This document shows positions 21,240 to 43,399 of a stretch of DNA of 46,105 nucleotides, in pieces (the stretch's first letter is position 1; every line of letters begins with the position of its first letter). Both the position numbers and the translations under genes were made by a program. The stretch covers positions 1 through 46,105 of the forward strand of contig CBDBDR010000012.1 of NCBI GenBank assembly GCA_965203965.1. The letters run 5' to 3'. The notes below the pieces were generated by a model. It did no database searches. It was given only the letters and a program-made list of their open reading frames with translations, and was not told the DNA's origin. Source of the DNA: Thermodesulfobacteriota bacterium. GTDB lineage: Bacteria; Desulfobacterota_D; UBA1144; Nemesobacterales; JAJCZQ01.

Positions 21240-24200
21240 GACAATGACACTTACCTCGAGGGACTCTGCGGCTGTCCAGTAAGTTCAGAGAAGAATCGTT
21301 GTTGTTAGTTTTTCACACAATAATGTATTCTCGCGCTTGCATATGCTACTAAAGTAGATACACGTGCTACAGTTATTTTAGTAGGTATCATATTACGTAC
21401 TGTAACGTCACAAAATATGCGCAGTGGTCATGTCAATGACTGATTCCCAAGTACATATGGTTAAGATATATAGCTGTGCTGTGGTTTTCTCGCTGTTACA
21501 ATAATTTTTATAAATTTTAGGGTTTATTAGCTGTAGTTTGCATTTGCATTTGCAAAAGTGTAATGTTTTAGATCACATCGACAACTGCGACCATGACCAG
21601 CTCAACGCTCATCACACCAGTGGTATCATCAACAATTCTACCGCCTACCAATATGTCATCAACACCATTTCAATCATTCACAATGGTGTTCTCATCAACT
21701 CCTATGATCCCATCGTCCACAATGGTGTTCTCATCAACTCCTATGATCCCATCGTCCACAATGGTGTTCTCATCAACTCCTATGATCCCATCGTCCACAA
21801 TGGTGTTCTCATCAACTCCTATAATCCCATCGTCCACAATGGTGTTCTCGTCAACCCCTGTGGTCCCATCGTCCACAATGGTATCTTCAACTCCTGTGAT
21901 CCCATCGTCCACAATGGTATCTTCAACTCCTATGATCCCATCGTCCACAATGGTGTTCTCATCAACTCTTATGATCCCATCGTCCACAATGGTGTTCTCA
22001 TCAACTCCTATAATCCCATCGTCCACAATGGTGTTCTCGTCAACTCCTGTGATCCCATCGTCCACAATGGTATCTTCAACTCCTATGATCCCATCGTCCA
22101 CAATGGTGTTCTCATCAACTCCTATGATCCCATCGTCCACAATGGTGTTCTCATCAACTCCTATGATCCCATCGTCCACAATGGTGTTCTCATCAACTCC
22201 TATGATCCCATCGTCCACAATGGTATCATCAACTCCTATGATCCCATCGTCCACAATGGTATCATCAACTCCTATGATCCCATCATCAACAATGGTATCA
22301 TCAACTCCTATGATCCCATCGTCCACAATGGTATCATCAACTCCTATGATCCCATCGTCCACAATGGTATCATCAACTCCTATGATCCCATCGTCCACAA
22401 TGATATCATCAACTCCTATGATCCCATCGTCCACAATGGTATCATCAACTCCTATAATCCCATCGTCCACAATGGTGTCGTCAACTAGTACTGTAGTCCT
22501 ATCACCATCACTCGTGTTCACCCCAACACCTATAGTAGGTTGCTTATGTCATTGTGATCTTAGTTGTGACCGTGAGCTTGGAGGGGTTGGAGGGTATCAT
22601 GATAGAGCTAGCCAAGGGGTAGTTGCTTTTTAGACTGATAACTGATAACTTAGTCGAATGGAACTGAATTGGTAACTGATTTTAAATTACAAAAAGAAGA
22701 CTATTTATAGTAAATAGAAGTTTCTAGAAGTAGAATGATCAAGAAGTGTCAAGTAAGGTCTATAAAATATAAGAACAGGTTTAAAAATGCGGAAAATCCC
22801 AGGGGCTACAGGTATTATTTGGGGGACTAAGGTTGATGGTGAGTTTGGTATACATCCCTAGAGTTATAAAATAGATGATAGCATTGTTCTGAGGTAGCTT
22901 TTGGGTTTTATCAGTAAAAGAATGACTGATGTGTGCTGGTTGCAATCTATCCAGTGCAGTACAGCGGTTCTTATACTAAAGCACAAACCATAGACCATAA
23001 TATTTCAGTATTATGATTGTCAGATGTGGGGTCAATTATAATAGAAAGTCATAACAGTAGTAATTATTTCTACTTGATTACTACGTTTACTGAGATACTA
23101 CTCATCTAGGGAATGTTTGCATTCATATTGGTCTAAATATTATGCTAAACAACCATTCTATTGCTATACTACTCATTTTGATGACTAAAAATTAATAATA
23201 CAAAATGGAAGTTTGCCTGTTGTTCGCATAGTTTGTGTCTATTACTATATAAGATGACTCTCTACAGTTTATTGCAAAAACTGTTGTACCAACTGTTCTT
23301 TAGCTTACCTTTTTACAATTTTTCATCCTCAGCTAACTGGACCAGTCACCTCTCTGGTCTATTACCTGCCTATTGGTCATCCTTTGACTTACTAGCATTA
23401 TAGTCCTTTCATATCGGCATGCGTTAATTAAATCTCATCTTTTAAAACATAGAACATACAGGTGGTGTCTGCATGAGATCAATAATAATTAGTCACTATA
23501 TTGAGAAGGAATGAGCATAGATACTATCTAGTTTAGGAGAAAGCTAGGTACAGAATGCTCCTGCTAGGTACCATTCCTTGTTCAAATCAAAAAACTTATT
23601 CTCAAAAAACTTATTCTGATTTCCTTAATGCAGGTCTATAGTCTTTACTTTGCTTTAGTTGCAAAAACACTTGATATTGTCTCATCCAATGTATGGCTCT
23701 GTATACATCTATACCAGTATGTAGCAGCAGGTTTCTTATACCATCTTCTCTGGGTTTTAGTTCCCCACAAGGAACATTCATGTCCTTATCTTGCTATGAC
23801 ATGTCAAGGGCATCTGCCTTCAGAGCAGATCACTACAGTATTAGTATAGCTTTCTGCGGTAATCTTACTACATGTATAAGTAGTTTCATTGCTTGATAAT
23901 CAGAATCATTGTTGTGAATATGATTAGAGGAGCATGCATGAATTTAATTCTGATTCTAGATGTGTAGGGCTTCTAAAAATTAACCTTAGTCCCTCCAGAT
24001 GATACCGCCAGCCAACATTTTGCCCCCAAGCTCACGGTCTACAATTACTGATATTTCAAAAGTACGGAAAACAGTGGCTGCAATGTTTTTGAGATTATTT
24101 TTTTTCTGACATAGCCACGTCCTGAGCTAATACCAGGACTACCAGGAGAAAAGGTAATTCATAGTAATGATAGTTGTACTATTAGTATTATCATGTTGCA

Positions 24201-27200
24201 ACAAAGGGCTGGAAAGGTGAAGTAGGTCTTCCTGGTCGGACTGGTTTTCCAGGAATACAGGTTTGTTATCAATGATAATTATTTTTCTCATGCTCATTTG
24301 TTTTTGATGATCAAAGAACACTGTTGCCGGTCCTAAAGGTGAACAGGGTCTACCAGGAAGAGATGGTACTCCTGGTGACCAGGGAGAGCCTGGAAAACAG
24401 GTAACATGAGTTGCTTCTAGTCTACACTATAATTTTGAACCATTCTTCTCAGGGTACGAAAGGTATGCCTGGATCAGGTGTTGGACCACCAGGACCTAGA
24501 GGGTTGCCAGGACCACCAGTGAGTATGAGACAGCTTGCTGATGATGGTGTACTAGTGTCTTGCTATAGGGCCCAGCTGGTAGTGAGCCAGGAGTACCTGG
24601 TCGTGTTGGGCCAGTAGGTGAGAGAGGTCCACCAGGACAACAAGTGAGTTGAACATGGCAGCATATTGTTGACATGCTTGATTTGTTCGTTGATGATTGT
24701 CAGGGAAATCCAGGGACACCAGGATTACCTGGTATTGATGGCTTCCCCGGAGAGATAGGAAAAATTGGTACAGAGGTATTAGTCTCAAAATTTACTATAG
24801 ATCATTTTAGTCATGTTTTGCAACAGGGAATTCCTGGCATAAAGGGTGAAAAGGGCTCTGATGGGCGCATGGGCAAACCAGTGAGATTGAAACTGACTCT
24901 TATTTGAAAAGTATTACTACTTGCGTCTAGGGATTGACTGGAATGAGAGGAGCTCCTGGTATGAATGGAATCAAAGGAGCTAATGGAACCGAAGGAAACA
25001 TGGTACAGCAGACCAGCCATTGTATCAATGTACTATTGTTGTGGTGTACAGGGCATACCTGGACCAAGTGGGGCCCCTGGTAGCAATGGTGTTAGAGGTG
25101 AAACAGGAGAGCACGGAAGAAAGGGAATCCCAGGACATAATGGAATGAAAGGAGAGACTGGAGAGAGAGGAGCTGATGGACCAAATGGAAGGAGAGGTCT
25201 TCCTGGAGTTAAAGGTATCAAGGGTAATGATGGACTTGATGGCATGCAAGGATTTGCTGGACCACAGGTAAGCTTGTCTTATGTTAGTCCAAACTTTGAA
25301 CATTTATGAGAAACTGCTTAACAGGGACCTAAAGGAGAAGATGGTCAAAATGGAAGAAAAGGAAAACCAGGCAACGATGGAGCAAAGGGAGTGAATGTGA
25401 GTCTGCTGTAAGATGAGATTATGAATTTTTTAAAACACAAAAAGGGTGAAAAAGGCAACGAAGGAGTCTCTGGTCAGCCAGGTAGAGCAGGTATACCTGG
25501 AATAAATGGAGCTAAGGTAGTGTGTACTGCATACAGTATCATATGGTACTGTGCTGTTAGGGAGCCGATGGTATGGCGGGAGACAAGGGAACGATGGGAG
25601 AGAGAGGTCCAGCTGGAGTTATGGTACAGCGTCAACTAGTGATCATGACTACTGATTATGCTGTGCTTCACAGGGAGGGCGTGGTCAACCAGGACTACCT
25701 GGACGAGATGGAAGGAACGGCACTGACGGAGTCTCAGGAAGAAAGGTGCTATACTGTGATGGTGCACAGTTTGAATTTGTGTCTAAATGTGCAGGGTCCA
25801 CCTGGTTTCAAAGGTCAGGTAGGGGACAGAGGCAGGAGAGGAACAAATGGGAAACCTGTAAGTTGAAGATATTGCTCATAACTAGTGGTTAACAATCTTA
25901 CAGGGAATCCCAGGAATTGATGGTATGATAGGTGATGATGGAGAAGCGGGAGATGATGGACCACCAGGAAGCAATGTAAGCTGGACCGTGTGTCATCCAT
26001 GACAGCTGCATGCACTGTCACTGGCTCGTAGGGAATTCCTGGTACTGATGGAACACCGGGCGTAACAGGAGAACCTGGAAATCAAGGGATGCCCGGTGAA
26101 CGCGGACCTAAGGTGATCAATTAGCGTCTTTTAAACAATAAATTATTTGTACTCATAGGGAGATACAGGTGATCGTGGACCAGCAGGAAACGCTGGTGCT
26201 GATGGTCCAGTAGGAAGGAGAGGGGAGCCTGGACAATCAGTTAGTACACTATGACAGTCTCTAGTGATGCTGTGGTGGTGTGTGTGATGTAGGGTCAAAA
26301 AGGAATTCCAGGAGATCCCGGTATTGATGGCATTGATGGACGAACTGGATTTCCAGGAGGAAGGGTATGTTAGTAGATGCAGCTATACCAGTTGAGTGTG
26401 TTGTGCTTGCTGCAGGGTCCACAAGGATTCCCAGGTGCTGATGGTGCCAAAGGAATGAGAGGAGACACGGGAGATATTGTAATTAGACGTCTAAACTGTT
26501 ACGTAGTATAGCGAATATTGCTTGTGCATGCATATAGGGTGGAACTGGAGAAAAAGGAATGATGGGAGATCGTGGTATGAATGGATCACAAGGCATGCCT
26601 GTAAGTGTTGTCTATTGATGATGTAATTATTCACTGTTCTACTAATACTCGCTAAGGGTGCAAACGGAAGAGATGGAAGAATGGGAAAGCCAGGAATACC
26701 TGGATTGAATGGTGAAAAGGTAAGCTGAAGGACGATTTTAAAGTCCTACTGCATTTTTTTGCTCAATGAAGGGCTCTCCTGGGCCCAGGGGTCAGATGGG
26801 TTTTGAAGGAGAAGAAGGGAAGATTGGAATCAAGGTACGTACAGCTAGTTGCATCGATTGATAGTGAGGTCTGTTCTGCTGACTAGGGTGTGATGGGCAT
26901 GCCAGGACCACCTGGTGTAGATGGCTATCCTGGTAGAACAGGTGTACCAGGAATGAAGGCAAGTCACTACTACAGTAGAGGCATGTGATCAGCACATGCA
27001 CACTGCAGGGAATGGCTGGTCCAGCAGGAGCACCTGGTCGACAAGGATTGAAAGGAAGAACAGGATTCCCTGGCAGCAGGAGCACCTGGTCGACAAGGAT
27101 TGAAAGGAAGAACAGGATTCCCTGGCGGTGATGTTAGCTTAATCATAGATATATTATCCATGTTTATTACACACTTCTCACACACAGGGACCTCCTGGTC

Positions 27201-29646
27201 AGCCGGGCATTATGGGACCACCTGGTGACAGAGGTAGTAGAGGTGCTCAGGTATAATGTAATAAAGCAAGCAGCCAAAGCCATTGTAATTACATCATTGT
27301 ACAGGGCGGTATGGGTATACCTGGCATCCGTGGACCTCCTGGAGACGTGGGCCCACCGGGAGAAGTTGGAAATAGAGTACGTATGAACAGCGGCTTCTGA
27401 AATAAGTGTTTGATTTTCATTTGACAATTAGGGTCCGATTGGGCCTCTGGGAGTTAAGGGTGAAATGGTATGGTAATTAACCGCACAGGTTTATTAGTCT
27501 TATAATTTCTTAACAGGGTGAAGTAGGTCTGCAGGGCCCTCTTGGTCCACAAGGAGATATAGGAGAACAAGGAAAGAATGTATGATGGCAGTGATATTAT
27601 CACAAAGTGTTGAAATTGGTTTCTTGCTGTAGGGCAACAGAGGGCCTCCAGGTGGTTTTGGGCTGCCAGGTCCTCCAGGCCCGCCCGGGATAAAGGGAAG
27701 CAAGGTCTGTGAGTGGTTCGTGTGTAGCGTGTTACTGTGTGTACTCTGGTAAAGGGAGAAAATGGTGATCCTGGTCAAAGAGGAAGAAGCGGATTCCCAG
27801 GACCTGATGGAGAACCAGGAACTAAGGGACGAACTGGTGTAAACGGAGAGAAGGGTGAAAGAGGGCTACAAGGAGGACCGGGTAAGCAGTTGAGGATTTT
27901 AGAATCTCCGCTATGAATCGAGGTTCACTGTATAGGTGAACAAGGCAAGGATGGAATTCCTGGTGTCAATGGAAGCATCGGAGATCTAGGCCCAGATGGA
28001 CCTCCTGGAGTTAAGGGCAGGAGCGGACGACCAGGATCGGATGGTATCAAAGGAGCTAAAGGAGTAGTTGGTGACAAGGTATGCGTTTAACTACTCTTCC
28101 ATGTAATCTTTGTTCCTCAACTCAGGGTAGCCAAGGATTGTCTGGTGAAGAAGGCAAGCTAGGGGAACCAGGCACTCCAGGAGAGCCAGGAATGAATGGA
28201 ACTGATGGAGTACCAGGTGTAAAGGGTCGTGTTGGTTTCCCTGGTTTACCAGGACCAAAGGGAAGGCGTGGTAGAATGGGCAAGAATGGAACTAAAGGAG
28301 CCATAGGAGAACCTGGAAAGATGGGTCTACGAGGACCCAAGGGGACTCGAGGAAAACCAGGAAGAGGTGAACTCTGAGACAACTAGCAAACTGACATTCA
28401 TGCGTTTCTTTATAGATGGAATAAGTATTGACGGAGATCCTGGACAACCAGGTGTGGCTGGTATCAAAGGAGAAGCAGGAGATGTGGGTCCTGTTGGTCC
28501 GATGGGCATACCTGGAGACGAGGGCAAACCAGGAATTAATGGTACAGACGGAGTTCCAGGCCGGAACGGAACTCCAGCATTGAAGGGAAGAACAGGAAAA
28601 CCAGGATCACCAGTCAGTTGTGGTAGTGTGCATGAATTATTGACTAACTCATGATAAAGGGAATACCCGGAGTGAAGGGAGAACTAGGAGATCTAGGACG
28701 ACCAGGAATGACCATTGGTGAGAAGGAGCTAGAACAACATTCTGTGTCTCTATAATATTTTTACACTTCACAGCTGTTGTGGGACCACTGGGAGAGAAAG
28801 GACTGCCTGGTCCAATGGGAATACGTGGTCCTTTGGGAGTGCCTGGTAGTGAGAAGGGAAGGCGTGGACAGCATGGTGAATCAGGAGAGAAAGGGACACA
28901 TGGTCAACCAGGTTAGCATGCTCCATGACACCACACACGTGCCCTATGCTCAACAATATAGGTCAACCTGGTGAAAGAGGATTTGATGGTCCAGACGGCC
29001 CCCCTGGCCCTGTTGGGGATCCTGGAGGCATGATACCAGGAGATCCCGGTGAACCTGGAGAGTTCGGTATGGTGGAAAGCTCTGTAGACTTAAATGATTA
29101 ACTATCTGTTGCTGCAGGTCGAAAGGGTCCACCTGGAAGAAATGGGATCAATGGAGAGAAGGGAGAACCTGGTGAAGAACCAGTAAACGGTGATCGGGGT
29201 AGGGTTGGGTGGCCGGGAATGAAAGGAGCCAAGGGAATCGTCGGAGACAAAGGAGATAGAGGTAACCTTGGAAACAAAGGAATGCAAGGAGATAATGGTC
29301 GCACAAGCAATGTACCGGTAAGTGACACCAAGAACTCTGATCCATCTGCCTCTGATCTATCTGTTTGTAGTGCGTGTGCTCTCAAGGAGATCTTGAGCAA
29401 CCCCAGAACAATACTACAGGTGTCATCAGACTGGTTGCCAGAGAGAAGTCTCTCTATGTCTACACCAGGCAGCTGGGGTGGGTTAAGGTACTCAACAACG
29501 GAAGGACAAGCCAGCGAAAAAGACGATCCACAAAACAACAACAATTTGACAATGGCGGAATAAACAGAAACACATCCACGAAAGAGTCTAACAGAGAAAT
29601 AGTCGCACGAGATTCTGTCAAAAGATCTAATCAGCAGCTGCTATAA
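21240..29646 (+). CDS. Collagen module B: CGCP micro-exon, mucin-like exon, Gly-X-Y domain, second trimerisation motif (continuation of module A or a tandem paralogue)
   Basis: Phase-0 exons 21240-21278 ([13 protein letters not shown]), 21572-22534 (S/T/P/M repeat), 24115-24153 ([13 protein letters not shown]), many Gly-X-Y exons to 29317, final exon 29371-29646 [35 protein letters not shown]. No convincing start codon or signal peptide of its own. One exon is frameshifted (27022-27125). The Gly-X-Y exons are better supported than the two upstream exons. Confidence 0.8.
21680..22487 (+). repeat. 39/36-bp minisatellite, probably coding ([12 protein letters not shown][F])n, ~21 units
   Basis: Unit TCATCAACTCCTATGATCCCATCGTCCACAATGGT(GTTC/A); unit lengths differ by exactly one codon; flanked by a phase-0 acceptor (21571) and donor (22535). 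Confidence 0.9.
22561..24047. mobile_element. Degraded ~1.5-kb TIR DNA-transposon derivative in the collagen intron
   Basis: Left end TAGTTGTGACCGTGAGCTTGG pairs with right end CCAAGCTCACGGTCTACAATTA; subterminal GGGACTAAGGTT (~22823) pairs with AACCTTAGTCCC (~23982); AT-rich interior with no long ORF. Confidence 0.65.
27022..27125 (+). repeat. Perfect 52-bp tandem duplication inside a collagen exon
   Basis: CAGCAGGAGCACCTGGTCGACAAGGATTGAAAGGAAGAACAGGATTCCCTGG at 27022-27073 and 27074-27125. Confidence 0.95.
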
Positions 29647-29791
29647 CGCGCCAACAAACTCACTCTACAGTGCGATGGCTGCAAAAAAACTATAAAATTA
29701 TAAAAATTCAGTTTTTTTTTAGATCTGTGAGATTCAATGTTAGTAGTGATACTTAGCTATGAGCTGTAATAAAATTATTGACTGTTTAGAA

Positions 29792-40527
<10,736 letters not shown>

Positions 40528-40878
40528 GTTTTTTTCAATTTTAAACTTTCGTATAAATAAACTAAACGTACAAATTTGAACGGTATCGCCTACAAGTACG
40601 CATAATTTTGTTTGCTGTATAAATAAAGCAATTATTACTACATGTAAAAGTCAGCTAAAATTTACCAATGAAAAGGTGAAAATCATGTATGGCTTGCATG
40701 CATATAATGCATGTCTGTCAGAAAAAAAAACTGATGGTTACAAAATAATTAATCAAAATTAAATGCAACTATAAAAATACGATGTAAATTACAATGATTA
40801 TGAGAAATCAGTTGTGCATACATACACATGCATGTATATAAAAAAATAGTCTCAAACAGCTAGAAAATAACAAGGACG

Positions 40879-43044
40879 CTAGTTCATTTTTGTTAAATTC
40901 ATGTAGACATTTTCGATAACATGTTCAGGCTTCCTAAAAAAACGACTTGGCTGCAATGTACCAAAGCCACGATCATTGCTGTGAGTGCCACCGTTAGTGC
41001 TTATCTCACGTAGAAGCTCCTTCATGACCCAGTGGTTGTGAAACCTTTCTGCTAGAGCAGGGTCACACTTCTTTTTGAGGCATTGCAAGATCAAGCAGAT
41101 AAGACCGGCTACAGCTGGGGCAGCATAAGAAGTACCATTTGCACATGTTGCTTGATCAGCATACTTCAAGTTATTAGCTGCTCCAAGTATATTTTCTCCA
41201 GGAGCCAAAAAATCTAAGTGTTGTCCAACAGGCGAAAAAGGTGAAGACTTTCCATGCATATTGTGAGAGCCAATGCACAGTACATTACCGAGACGTGCTG
41301 GGTAGCAAATAGGGGTTTGAAGTTGGTGACCTGTATTACAAGCAGCACATACTATGATGACTCCAGCACAAATTAAGTCAGAAATAGCTTTGGCAATTGG
41401 TTCTGAATAGTAAGGACTACCAAATGACATTGATACGACATCAACCCTGATCTCTGATGAAGGATCACTATTTCTGTTTTTGATGTCAACCAAGGCGTCA
41501 ATAACTGCTAGATCTGAGTATTCGTTGTCACCGTCCCGTTTTACTTTGTACACCAACAGCTTAGTATCAGGAGCAACACCTGAAGAGACTAGAACTTCTT
41601 TACTACCTGATACACTAGGATTTTCAGAAGCTGTAAAACTATTCCCACAAACTATACTGGCGCACATTGTACCATGGCCATCGGTGTCTGTGTAATCAGG
41701 AGCTTTGTTAAGGACTTTGCCAGCACTACGAAAAGCTATGTGCGAATCATCTAAGCCAGTATCCAGAATAGCTACTACAGTTCCCTCCCCTTTACATGAT
41801 TCATGAATAGACTTGAGGTTCCAATATTCATACGCAGTGAATTTATAGTTAACCTCTTGTAGAACCAAAGGGAATCCATCGTTAGTGAATGACTTTATAT
41901 CACTATTTTTTTCCAGTGTGTCCAATGATCTCTTCTTCATTCCCAATTTTTTCTTTTTGGGTGATCTTTTCTTCTTTTGGCTAGTTTCCTTGCTTTTTGA
42001 GGCCCCTTTCTTGCTTGGTCCAGATAATTTTAATTTAAAGATCTTGACTAATGGAGGCTTTTCCATAGTGCTCGAGCATTTTTCTGACGTCTCTTCTTGG
42101 AGAGTCTTCCAGCGTGCTTTTCCTAGTTCATTGCGTAAATTGCCAAACGTATTCAAAGGGTCAGTGAAGCAAATCTTGGGTGCATTAAAGAGAATAATAG
42201 CACCAACAGCATTTGGTACACAAGCAGCTATAGAATCTATACTCGACGCTCTGATTGGGACTTCAATACAATCTATACTGATACCCTGAGAGAGGCTGTG
42301 AGACAGAATATCAGCCAAGTTACTGATATCGACTACTGCAAAAAGAACTTTGTCAACCTTCTTCACACCTTGTTTGACCAACTCTTCTGTTGAACAAGTC
42401 AGTATCTGCTTAAGTAAATAGCTATTGTTTCCAAGCTCATTTGAATAGTTATCAGGCAGACGTAGATCTATCAGGCTCAGTTCTGGTTTCAAGGTTAGAG
42501 ATTTCATTTTTTCTCGAAGTATTGGTACAAGAGTACTAATAAGCTCATCTGGTTTATTACGAGAAGATTCCGCTACTTTGGCAGGAAGATACTCGGATAG
42601 CAGAAACTTTGGTTTAGCTTTACGTCCACGTTGCTTAGCTTGGATGGGAGCTTCTACATAGCTTTCAGAAACAGCACTACAACTAGCAGCATCATTATCA
42701 TCCTCAGATGATTCAGATGATTCTGATGGCTCTACACTAAGTTCTACTCTGGATTGCTTGGAGGCTGATGTGAAGCTATTTTCTGGATCCTTAGGACGCT
42801 TTTGTAGCAAAGAATCATTTTTACTCACTAGTGCATCTCTAGGGCTGGTTTGGTCAGTTGGTTGAGTAGCTAAAAGATCGGTACTAGCAGATTCCCTTTC
42901 ATCTTGTTCTTGTGAAGCATACCTCTCAGGAACAGAAAGTTCTTCAGCATCTTTATCTTGGAAATCTTCACATTCGTTAGATCCTGGGATATTAACCACT
43001 TGTGTTGGTTCATGTTGTTCATCAGTCACAGTATCATCAGCCAT
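40879..43044 (-). CDS. Subtilisin-family (S8) serine peptidase with long acidic N-terminal extension, CDS intronless, 721 aa
   Basis: Catalytic motifs in S8 order: VAILDTG (Asp), DGHGTMCAS (His), VVSMSFG, CAACN (oxyanion Asn), DFLAPG, NGTSYAAPAVAG (Ser). No signal peptide. Confidence 0.93.
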   Translation of the reverse strand: MADDTVTDEQHEPTQVVNIPGSNECEDFQDKDAEELSVPERYASQEQDERESASTDLLATQPTDQTSPRDALVSKNDSLLQKRPKDPENSFTSASKQSRVELSVEPSESSESSEDDNDAASCSAVSESYVEAPIQAKQRGRKAKPKFLLSEYLPAKVAESSRNKPDELISTLVPILREKMKSLTLKPELSLIDLRLPDNYSNELGNNSYLLKQILTCSTEELVKQGVKKVDKVLFAVVDISNLADILSHSLSQGISIDCIEVPIRASSIDSIAACVPNAVGAIILFNAPKICFTDPLNTFGNLRNELGKARWKTLQEETSEKCSSTMEKPPLVKIFKLKLSGPSKKGASKSKETSQKKKRSPKKKKLGMKKRSLDTLEKNSDIKSFTNDGFPLVLQEVNYKFTAYEYWNLKSIHESCKGEGTVVAILDTGLDDSHIAFRSAGKVLNKAPDYTDTDGHGTMCASIVCGNSFTASENPSVSGSKEVLVSSGVAPDTKLLVYKVKRDGDNEYSDLAVIDALVDIKNRNSDPSSEIRVDVVSMSFGSPYYSEPIAKAISDLICAGVIIVCAACNTGHQLQTPICYPARLGNVLCIGSHNMHGKSSPFSPVGQHLDFLAPGENILGAANNLKYADQATCANGTSYAAPAVAGLICLILQCLKKKCDPALAERFHNHWVMKELLREISTNGGTHSNDRGFGTLQPSRFFRKPEHVIENVYMNLTKMN

Positions 43045-43399
43045 TATTTCTAAAGAGATTTGTAAAGATTGAAGTCATAATACACAACACAGCTACTAGT
43101 TTGTAATGTCTGTTTACAAAAACCTGAGTGGTTGCTAGCGATCATGTACATTTTACCATGCTTGAATTTTGTGTTATTTAAGGGACTACATGTCGAACTA
43201 GAGAAACGGCTCAATTTGCAATTGCGTGCTGTTTTTTCTGGCTCACCATCTAGTACTCTACAGTGACTTTACAAACTGCTGTGCGGTCCTAGGGTGAAGC
43301 TAGAGGGCTGAGGGACCCAAATGTTTTACGACATAGTTTTTTCATTTTAAAGTAGCAACCAGGGTGGGTGGGTGGGAGGGCAAGCAGAGCGGGGCACCT

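Noticed and set aside
21538..22521. Other frames of the mucin repeat: ([13 protein letters not shown])n plus strand and ([13 protein letters not shown])n minus strand
   Set aside because: Only the S/T/P frame is in phase with the flanking splice sites; the others are shadows of a triplet-length repeat.
26458..26466. RGD tripeptide in collagen module B
   Set aside because: A single R-G-D is expected by chance in long Gly-X-Y sequence and is cryptic in a folded triple helix.
15685..29544. Many short minus-strand Pro/Gly-rich ORFs
   Set aside because: Antisense shadows of Gly-X-Y exons (GGN read as NCC).
40879..43044. S8 gene as bacterial contamination or part of an operon
   Set aside because: Flanked by intron-rich NPHP3 and UBA3, with a long disordered N-terminus and an acceptor-like site upstream; no bacterial neighbours.
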